A stretch of DNA of 64,000 nt from a bacterium (GTDB taxonomy: Bacteria; Cyanobacteriota; Vampirovibrionia; Gastranaerophilales; JBAXKC01): assembly GCA_037137535.1 (NCBI GenBank), contig JBAXKC010000006.1, forward strand, positions 10,835-74,834, read 5' to 3'. The notes beneath the pieces are model-generated. The model had not been told where the DNA came from. It searched no databases and saw only the letters and a list, made by a program, of their open reading frames with translations. Below, piece by piece: positions 56,783 to 64,000 of the stretch (positions within the stretch are counted from its first letter, which is position 1; each line of letters opens with the position of its first letter). Position numbers and translations under genes: made by a program.

Positions 56783-58102
56783 CTATTTTATTACAGCTTC
56801 TTCTTTATTTGGGCTTGTAACTTCAACTCTTTTTTTTATTTCACCGACAGGCATATAATAAGGAGTTACAGTCATTAATTTTGCTGCAATATCGGGATGA
56901 TTGTATATAAACTTCAATTCTGTTTCTACAAGTGGCTTTTGGGTGTGTACGTTTGCATATCTTGCTAATTCAAGTACGTTTCTGGCTTCGTCTTCATCAT
57001 GAAACTCAACTTCCATTTTCTCATAGACGTTTCTGAAACCTTTAATACCACCATATTCGCCAATTGTAATCATACGGCCTGTTTCAACTATTTCAGGTTC
57101 GCCTCTTCCAAGTTCTTCATAGTCGTATAATTCATAATTTCTTCTGTCTTTTAATGCTCCGTCAGCGTGAATACCCGATTCATGAGCAAAAGCATTATCA
57201 CCCACAGCTACTTGATTTATAGGGATTGGAACACCAAAAGCATAGGACGTGTATTTTGCAAGTTGCCATGCTTTGCTAAGATCAATATTTGTATCAAGTT
57301 TGTAGGTGTCTTTAAATCCGCTTGATTTTACAACTGCAAGAATACAGGACACAAGGTCGGCATTTCCTGCTCTTTCGCCCATTCCGTTAATCGCTGTATT
57401 TATATAAGCATCAACCCCTGCATCAATAGCAGCTTTAGCACCCATTATCGAGTTAGCTGTTGCCATTCCCAAATCGTTATGGAAATGCATTTCAACAGGC
57501 ATACCAACTGATTTGGCTATATTATAAATCTTTGTATAAACTGTATTTGGATCGTCATAACCCAGAGTATCGCAATATCTTATTCTGTCAGCTCCGTTAT
57601 CTCTTGCGGATTTTGCAAATTTAATCAGAAATTCTAAATCAGTTCTTGATGCATCTTCGGCATTTATTCCGACTGTTTGAGCACCACAGGTTCTAGCTGC
57701 TTTTATCGCATCATTTGCTTGCCTGATAATGTCATCTTTATCTTTTCTTCCGCCAAATTTGCCCATGATCATTTGATCAGAAGTTGATATAGATAAATTT
57801 ACATGTTTAAGTCTCGGTACATTTTGAAAGGATTGAAACACATCACTTTCCAAGGCTCTCATCCATCCACCAAGTTTAGTTTTAGTAAGAACACCTCTAT
57901 CAACAAGTTCCAGGTTTGCATTCAAATAGTTGATCTCATGCTTTGTATTTGGAAATCCGAACTCTGATTGAGTTATCCCCATTTCATTAAGCATAAGGTT
58001 AATTATAGTTTTTTGAAGTTTTGCAAGTCCTAATCTTGACGTTTGAACTCCATCCCTGTTGGTTACATCTACAATGTAGATTGTATTGTTCTTTTTGGTC
58101 AT
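56783..58102 (-). CDS. DRE-TIM acyltransferase of the homocitrate-synthase family, probably Re-citrate synthase (Dehalococcoides type)
   Basis: DVTNRDGVQTSRLGL, EFGFP, NAEDASRT, YCDTLG, HFHNDLG, NGMGERAGNA, HESGIHADG; ATG after GGAGG. Confidence 0.85.
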   Translation of the reverse strand: MTKKNNTIYIVDVTNRDGVQTSRLGLAKLQKTIINLMLNEMGITQSEFGFPNTKHEINYLNANLELVDRGVLTKTKLGGWMRALESDVFQSFQNVPRLKHVNLSISTSDQMIMGKFGGRKDKDDIIRQANDAIKAARTCGAQTVGINAEDASRTDLEFLIKFAKSARDNGADRIRYCDTLGYDDPNTVYTKIYNIAKSVGMPVEMHFHNDLGMATANSIMGAKAAIDAGVDAYINTAINGMGERAGNADLVSCILAVVKSSGFKDTYKLDTNIDLSKAWQLAKYTSYAFGVPIPINQVAVGDNAFAHESGIHADGALKDRRNYELYDYEELGRGEPEIVETGRMITIGEYGGIKGFRNVYEKMEVEFHDEDEARNVLELARYANVHTQKPLVETELKFIYNHPDIAAKLMTVTPYYMPVGEIKKRVEVTSPNKEEAVIK

Positions 58103-58276
58103 ACCAGCCTCCACCTTTTATAAAATCAATGAAATTGTTTATTTTAAGGATTTAATGTTAATTATTCATTTTTTAATATTTAACTTTGTAAGTATAGCAA
58201 ATTTTTTGTATTTTGAGTGTAATTTTTACATTTCTTTGATATTTGCTTAATACTTTAGTAATTATTTTAAATGATT

Positions 58277-58690
58277 TTAATTTGCAAGGGCTGCGGGTCG
58301 ACTAAAATCGTAAAAAACATTAGAAAGTAATTCATTTTTCTGATTACGATATGAAATTACAACTCTGCGTAAAATAACAATATTACTGCTATTTCTTTGT
58401 AAATTAGTTGATGATACAGTAACATCAAATCTACCGTTGTCTGTATAGGTTGAATCTACAGCAACTAAATCCCCTTTGTCATAGTTAAATTGCATTAACC
58501 AGTTAAGCTCTTGTTCTTTTATGTAAGCTTTAGTTAAATTATTTGCTTTTACTATATCATTATTTTTAACTGAAATAAAAAGACTATTATACATATTTAA
58601 GCTGAGTGCAACAGCTAATATGCTAATCATAACCATAGAAATAGCAATTTCTATTATAGAAAATCCTTTTTTAGTATTTTTTTTACTCAA
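58277..58690 (-). CDS. Type IV minor pilin or pseudopilin (PilV/GspI-like)
   Basis: Class III signal KKG|FSIIEIAISM; probable TTG start at 58690 overlapping the upstream stop. Confidence 0.82.
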   Translation of the reverse strand: MSKKNTKKGFSIIEIAISMVMISILAVALSLNMYNSLFISVKNNDIVKANNLTKAYIKEQELNWLMQFNYDKGDLVAVDSTYTDNGRFDVTVSSTNLQRNSSNIVILRRVVISYRNQKNELLSNVFYDFSRPAALAN

Positions 58691-59345
58691 TAAATCTTGG
58701 CACATTATTTGAATTTCCATATATAGTTATTTCCTCATTGCCATTTTTATTAACTTCTATATCCCATTGAACTCTGCTTATAAGGGCTTTACTGGAAGTA
58801 ACGGAAGTTGATGATATGCCACCTTTTAATGCTGTGTCAGCTATTCCATTATTATAATTAAGAGTATAGCTCAACTGAGAATTATTGCTGTTAATATTGC
58901 TGGCAATTACTTGAGAAGTTCCTGTAATTGAGTTCATCGTTTCCGCAGGGACTGCATTTTTTGCCCAAGTGTATTGATTTGTGCTGTGCATTTCCATTAA
59001 ATTTACGTTAGTACCGCTATCACTAAAATAAAAAGCAGTAAATCTATAAATGAGTTTTGTCTTGTCAACAGGTATTAATAAGGCTATCGCACTGTCAGTA
59101 TTTATGTTTTTACCTGTAATTGCTATCGTTACAGAAGCAGGATAAATATATTCAGCTTTTTTAATTTCATCAATTACTCTTTCAACGGTAAATCTAGTGA
59201 AATTAACTTTCTCCAGCTGTTGACAATTAATAAATGAAGCATTAGTAAATTGGGACATGAATTCAGCTAAGCTGATGCTTATTACGCTAAGCATTATCAT
59301 AGAAATAAGTAATTCTATTAACGTTACACCTTTTCTACTTATCAT
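58683..59345 (-). CDS. Type IV minor pilin or pseudopilin (PilW/GspJ-like)
   Basis: RKG|VTLIELLISM. Confidence 0.85.
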   Translation of the reverse strand: MISRKGVTLIELLISMIMLSVISISLAEFMSQFTNASFINCQQLEKVNFTRFTVERVIDEIKKAEYIYPASVTIAITGKNINTDSAIALLIPVDKTKLIYRFTAFYFSDSGTNVNLMEMHSTNQYTWAKNAVPAETMNSITGTSQVIASNINSNNSQLSYTLNYNNGIADTALKGGISSTSVTSSKALISRVQWDIEVNKNGNEEITIYGNSNNVPRFIE

Positions 59346-59820
59346 AAATTATATTTCCCGATACTGCTTCTAACGTTAATGTTTTTTGAAGTCCATGCAT
59401 ATAGCCGACTTTAATAATGCAATCACTTGAAAGTGAAACACCTGTGGAATTAACAGGAGTACCGTCTACATAAAAATAAATCTTTGGACATGTATTATTA
59501 ATTATTTCTACATCAGTTGGTAACTTCCCCGATGATGAATCAAAAATTTTCTCATTAGTAAGAATTGTAGTACCTGATTTTATCTGATATGAATTATCGC
59601 CTGCATTTGCATCAAATTCTGTATTAATTCCATTAATTCTTGAATAATGTCTTGCTTGTTTAATTGCATATACCATTTGTTGGACACCGCAATTTACATT
59701 TTCATTTTCTATAACAGAATTAAAACTTGTAAATCCAATTAGAAAAATAATGCTCATTATTGACATAGTTATTAATAATTCAAGTAAAGTAACACCTTTT
59801 TTATTTTTAGTGGGCTTCAA
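59335..59820 (-). CDS. Type IV minor pilin or pseudopilin (FimT/GspH-like)
   Basis: KKG|VTLLELLITM; ARHYS helix; IYFYVDG. Confidence 0.85.
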   Translation of the reverse strand: MKPTKNKKGVTLLELLITMSIMSIIFLIGFTSFNSVIENENVNCGVQQMVYAIKQARHYSRINGINTEFDANAGDNSYQIKSGTTILTNEKIFDSSSGKLPTDVEIINNTCPKIYFYVDGTPVNSTGVSLSSDCIIKVGYMHGLQKTLTLEAVSGNIIYDK

Positions 59821-61633
59821 TTAAAGTCGCCTCCTGTTTATTTATTTGACTCCAACCTGAATAAATAATGCCTATACTTACGCTAGGAAATAAATTAACA
59901 TATTCAGGAGGAAGATTATTTAAATCGGAGAATCTGTCTTCTTCTTGCCATACTCTGGTAGGTGCTTGATAATATGTGCCATTCCATTGTCCTGTTGCAT
60001 ATTTACTTCTATATAATTGAATAAAACTGCCTGAAATATTAATTTGTTTTCCTGCCCAGTTTTCTAAAAAGTGTGGCAAATTTTCTAATCCGCCATTATA
60101 CTGACCCACTTTTGTCGGTAAATTTCCTGTTATAAAAGCAACATTATATTCTCCGTTTACTGCAACAGGCATAGGTTGACCAGATGTTTTATTAACAGTT
60201 GGGTCTTTCCAGTTGCTTTTTGCATCGCTCCAACTGTCTGAAAGTAATGTAACTGCATCTGCAACAACTGCTGATGGTTGCCATTTATCAATCGAGGGAG
60301 TTGTTGAGGTATGTTTATTATAGCTTCCTTGTATGTAAACAGGTAAATTTGAAATAAAAGTTGTCGGACCACTTAAAGTAGCTCCATTAATAACTTTAAA
60401 TGCAGATATTTTTCTATTGATATCAGTTGTAAAATCATTTCCATCATTATCAGGAACGGCATCATCACGAGTCATATAGACAAGGCCTGAACCTGTTGTA
60501 TAGCCTAATTTTGTTTTTAATAAATTAATATCTATATTTGTCGCTTTTATTGCAGTATTTTTAGCAGGTTTGCTTCCTGACGGATATTCTTTATAGTCAT
60601 AAATTTGAGTTTCAGCTAAAGCACCTCCGAGTTCTGCGCTTGTATAACTTGTAGTTATACCATTAAACGTAATTTTATATGGTTTTGCTGCTGCTGTGAT
60701 TACTTCAACTTTAATCGCCGCATTTTTGTCATAATAACCGCCAGGCTGAAAAGATTCTAACTTTGGAGGCTCTAGTACTGATGCACCCAAAGATTTATCT
60801 TTAACTGTTCCTGCCCATTTTGAGCTGGCAATAGATTCCCATGAAGAACTTGTGGAATCATTACCTGCAAACATCTCGGTGGGTGTTCCTGTTTTAGATC
60901 CTGTTGTAATTTTAACATGACCTGTTGCCGTAGATTGATCCAGCCTGCCTCTTATCAGATTACCTGCCGCTGATAATGAATCAGTGCTGATAGTAAGAGT
61001 ATTATCGGAATTCAAGTATAAATTCTGATTAGTATGAATTAAACCTGTTAAGTTGAAATTTGGACCAGGTAAAATTTCTAAATCATTTGCATAAAAAATG
61101 TGATACATAAATAAAGTCATTCTTTTGGCAAAAACATTTTCTTTCATTCCAACCCACCCATACCCAGGGGAGTATGCAATTGCCTCAATATTCATTTTAT
61201 TAGTCGTATCAATGCTGGATCTTTTCCAGCTATTTGTCGCATTATCTTCTTTAATACTGTATTGAACATAGATGTTTAAATTATTTTCATTAGAATGATA
61301 AGTATACATATAATAACCAGGTGTTCCAAAGGTGAATGATTCATCTGCGAATATTTTATCTTTAGGATTATTTCCTGTGTCATCAGTTTTATTATCTTGA
61401 AAAGTAACATAAGGCTCAAATTTAGTAAGATTTTTATTATTAAAAGAATCTTCAACCTTAGTTTTTGCTCTTCTGATTCCTGATTCGCAAGCAAGTTCAA
61501 GTTTAGTTCTTATGGTTTCTTTATTGGTAACATCTGCATCAGAAGTAGAATTAACAGAAGCAAGTATCGCTGTTGTCATCAACAGTGATAAAATCATAGT
61601 AATCATTACTAATGCAGAACCTTTACGTTTCAT
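59807..61633 (-). CDS. Large PilX/GspK-like pilin with extended C-terminal domain
   Basis: RKG|SALVM (no Glu5), LACESGI; C-terminal GLIHTN, NLPVYIQG, NGGLENLPHFLENW. Confidence 0.78.
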   Translation of the reverse strand: MKRKGSALVMITMILSLLMTTAILASVNSTSDADVTNKETIRTKLELACESGIRRAKTKVEDSFNNKNLTKFEPYVTFQDNKTDDTGNNPKDKIFADESFTFGTPGYYMYTYHSNENNLNIYVQYSIKEDNATNSWKRSSIDTTNKMNIEAIAYSPGYGWVGMKENVFAKRMTLFMYHIFYANDLEILPGPNFNLTGLIHTNQNLYLNSDNTLTISTDSLSAAGNLIRGRLDQSTATGHVKITTGSKTGTPTEMFAGNDSTSSSWESIASSKWAGTVKDKSLGASVLEPPKLESFQPGGYYDKNAAIKVEVITAAAKPYKITFNGITTSYTSAELGGALAETQIYDYKEYPSGSKPAKNTAIKATNIDINLLKTKLGYTTGSGLVYMTRDDAVPDNDGNDFTTDINRKISAFKVINGATLSGPTTFISNLPVYIQGSYNKHTSTTPSIDKWQPSAVVADAVTLLSDSWSDAKSNWKDPTVNKTSGQPMPVAVNGEYNVAFITGNLPTKVGQYNGGLENLPHFLENWAGKQINISGSFIQLYRSKYATGQWNGTYYQAPTRVWQEEDRFSDLNNLPPEYVNLFPSVSIGIIYSGWSQINKQEATLIEAH

Positions 61634-62074
61634 AATTATTCTTCTTTTAAATCATATCTGATATAATTATTATATACTTTTTTTGTTATAATAGAATAAT
61701 ATTTCTGATTTGACAAAATATATTTTTACAAATTGAAATATTTCTATTTGCCTTGAGCTTATTTTTCGTTAGATTGATATGTAATTATTTGCATTTTATT
61801 TGAAATTTCCTAACAATATTCTAGCTGTTGCCTATAGCAAAGGAGGCAGTTCACCAGCACTTGAACAGCTTGTTATATCACCAATTACAGGTAATATTGA
61901 GTAAATAAAATAATTAGTTGAATTTATAAAAAAACATATAGCAGAACCATTTGTCTTAATAATATAAAAACAAATATTTCATTTATTGAATTATAATGTT
62001 AATATTTAAACTTAGTACCGAAATAATTTTGCTATTGTACTATAATAAATAAAGGTAGCGTATTGGAGAAATCA

Positions 62075-62824
62075 ATGAAGGATATTGTTATACACAATTA
62101 TTCAGACTCTATTAACTTTGAGGAGTTGAATTATAGAGAGAAAATACAGCCTACCGAAAAAAGTTTTGCGAATATTGATAATTGGATAAAAGCAATTACT
62201 CCTAAATTAAAAACAATTCCTGCATTATTGAAAGTTACAGAAATTAAAGGAACTATACTTGAGCTTGGAGCAGGATCTTGCTGGTTTTCCGGTGAATTGT
62301 CAAAACTAGAGACTGTAAACGAGATTTATTGCCTTGATATAAGTCCTTATGTTCTTGAGAATGTTGCTCCTCCTCTTATGTCTCACCTTGAAGCAAAAGT
62401 AGATAAAATAAATAGAATTGTGGGCGATTTTAATAACTTGCAATTTGAAAATATTGATATGGTTGTTTTTGATGGAGCAATGCACCATATTCCCGAAAAA
62501 GATTTTAATAGTGTTTTATTGCAAATTCATAAAGTCCTTAATCCTCAAGGTAAGGTTTTAGCTATATTTGAACCTTTCTTAGGCAGTAATCCATTAATTA
62601 ATATTCTTAGAAAATATCAATTTGGACGACATGAAAGAAGATTTGGCGTTACTGAAAACATATTTTCAAAAAATGAATGGACTGAAATGTTTAATAAGGC
62701 AGGATTTAAAGCTAACTTTATTAGACATTCTTATCAAGCAGAAAGTAATTCTTTAAAAACTCTTATTAAGAAAATGTTTAAAGGCTTATTTCCTGAATAT
62801 ATTATTATTTTAGAAAAAAACTAA
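62075..62824 (+). CDS. Class I SAM-dependent methyltransferase
   Basis: ILELGAGSCW, LDIS, GDF, AMHHI, LNPQG; ATG after GGAG (ORF track TTG 62063). Confidence 0.88.
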   Translation: MKDIVIHNYSDSINFEELNYREKIQPTEKSFANIDNWIKAITPKLKTIPALLKVTEIKGTILELGAGSCWFSGELSKLETVNEIYCLDISPYVLENVAPPLMSHLEAKVDKINRIVGDFNNLQFENIDMVVFDGAMHHIPEKDFNSVLLQIHKVLNPQGKVLAIFEPFLGSNPLINILRKYQFGRHERRFGVTENIFSKNEWTEMFNKAGFKANFIRHSYQAESNSLKTLIKKMFKGLFPEYIIILEKN

Positions 62825-62837
62825 AACGTTATAAGTT

Positions 62838-63722
62838 TTATAATGAAACACTTATTCTGTAGAGCTTAACGTCTTTATAGAAATAACCTAATATCTGATA
62901 TGCATTATATCCCAGATTTGCCATGTTGTTTGCGCCATATTGCGACATGCCTATGCCATGCCCCATTTTTCGGACTGCACCATCAAAAGAAGGTACTGAT
63001 TTCAAATAAGGTAAATCTCGCATCCATACATCGCCCGAATTTAAAGTATAACCGCCTGCGCTGGCACAATAAAATGCGGGAATTACTCTGTTTCCTTGAA
63101 TTAGCACTTGTCCTGATGTTTCAACTACTGCTTTATTTGTTCTTAAACTTTCTGAAGATGCTCCGCCATAGGCTTGGTCTTCGGGGGTATCTTTTAAATC
63201 ATAGCCGTATTTTTTTCGTTTGCCTAAATTAGCAACAGCATAGCTTCTTGCAGCAATTGCTTGAGCTTTATGCGCTTCATAGTTCCATGTTCTTGGCATT
63301 TCAGAAGGAACAACGCCTAATAAGTAATCTTCAAGACTAATGTTATTAACAACAATTACACCTGTATAATTGTTATAAATATAAATTTGTCCTCTGTACC
63401 ACTTTCTTTTGGCAGAAACATAACCTGATTGATACGTTTTAATTACTGCAAAATTAGTTCCTAAAGGGTAGGTCTGTCCATTAATTGTAATTCCTAGAGT
63501 AGTACCAATTTTTTTAATGTTATAAGGTCTTAACGCATTTAACTGCATTATAAGTTTGCCTGTTAACCCGTCAAAAATCCCCCCATTATTTGAAATTCCG
63601 ATCATTGCGGTTTTTACATTTGTTTGGAGTCCAATTTTAATTGCATTTGCCTGCTTTGTATCAAATATAAAAGATGAAACAATTAATAACAGGAAAATAG
63701 CAATTATTTTAAATTTATTCAT
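62838..63722 (-). CDS. SpoIID/LytB domain lytic transglycosylase
   Basis: Signal peptide; WYRG, LEDYLLGVVPSEMP, KAQAIAARSYA, DQAYGG, GHGIGMSQYGA, ILGYFY. Confidence 0.93.
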   Translation of the reverse strand: MNKFKIIAIFLLLIVSSFIFDTKQANAIKIGLQTNVKTAMIGISNNGGIFDGLTGKLIMQLNALRPYNIKKIGTTLGITINGQTYPLGTNFAVIKTYQSGYVSAKRKWYRGQIYIYNNYTGVIVVNNISLEDYLLGVVPSEMPRTWNYEAHKAQAIAARSYAVANLGKRKKYGYDLKDTPEDQAYGGASSESLRTNKAVVETSGQVLIQGNRVIPAFYCASAGGYTLNSGDVWMRDLPYLKSVPSFDGAVRKMGHGIGMSQYGANNMANLGYNAYQILGYFYKDVKLYRISVSL

Positions 63723-63738
63723 AATGTCCGACTAGGTT

Positions 63739-64000
63739 TTATATTTGTTCTAACTCAAGATTATAGAGATAATTTATCATATCTAAAGCAACTTTTTTCT
63801 GTATATCAGTAGGGCAATGTCTTAATACTTCCATTGCATTAGATAACTTTTCATCAGAATCATACCATCTATTTTTAAATAATCCAAATCCTTTAAAAGT
63901 TCTTGTTGTTACTTCAATTCCTAGCTCTACACCTTTATCTTTAATTAAATTAAATACTAAGGTTTGTTTGTCTTGGGACGCATTTCTCAGAAGACTTATT
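63739..64000 (-). CDS. Partial hypothetical protein (5' end outside the window), not in the ORF track
   Basis: Open minus-strand frame from the edge: ISLLRNASQDKQTLVFNLIK...NRWYDSDEKLSNAMEVLRHCP...ELEQI*. Confidence 0.65.
   Translation of the reverse strand, partial: ISLLRNASQDKQTLVFNLIKDKGVELGIEVTTRTFKGFGLFKNRWYDSDEKLSNAMEVLRHCPTDIQKKVALDMINYLYNLELEQI

Noticed and set aside
56783-58102. nifV supplying homocitrate to the nitrogenase-like enzyme
   Set aside because: It lies about 35 kb away in an operon with a dehydratase and an IDH-type enzyme, and the sequence fits Re-citrate synthase better.
3451-63232. Short ORF-track entries overlapping longer genes on the opposite strand or in another frame (e.g. 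3451-3729, 8973-9215, 10832-11209, 23263-23541, 32774-33109, 41358-41681, 55059-55376, 62900-63232)
   Set aside because: Shadow ORFs of well-supported genes, with no RBS or recognisable motifs.

Overview
An AT-rich bacterial chromosomal window, mostly housekeeping, envelope and anaerobic-metabolism genes. I saw no rRNA, tRNA, CRISPR array, IS element or prophage. The gene mix is cyanobacteria-like envelope genes (csaB-tagA, SpoIID, YtxH/DUF948, MurT, pentapeptide protein), a trimeric [FeFe]-hydrogenase and CheX proteins, with no photosynthesis genes. This suggests a non-photosynthetic Vampirovibrionia/Melainabacteria-like anaerobe (inference). The most notable element is a translationally coupled operon at 16.8-23.0 kb. 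It encodes an orphan protein, a nitrogenase-like NifH/D/K reductase that does not fit N2 fixation, a Zn-dehydrogenase resembling 6-hydroxycyclohex-1-ene-1-carbonyl-CoA dehydrogenase, and a degenerate acyltransferase-like protein. The D/K pair shows a 3+1 Cys pattern like chlorophyllide oxidoreductase, yet D seems to retain FeMo-co-type Cys/His ligand positions. A structured, terminator-ended RNA containing a 17-codon ORF precedes the operon. Other items: an AdnAB-like helicase-nuclease pair with an Fe-S staple in both subunits, a Re-citrate synthase/LeuCD-like/IDH operon, an uncalled 51-aa gene, an HMW1C-like GT41, a class A PBP with a degenerate transglycosylase, and a four-gene minor pilin cluster.
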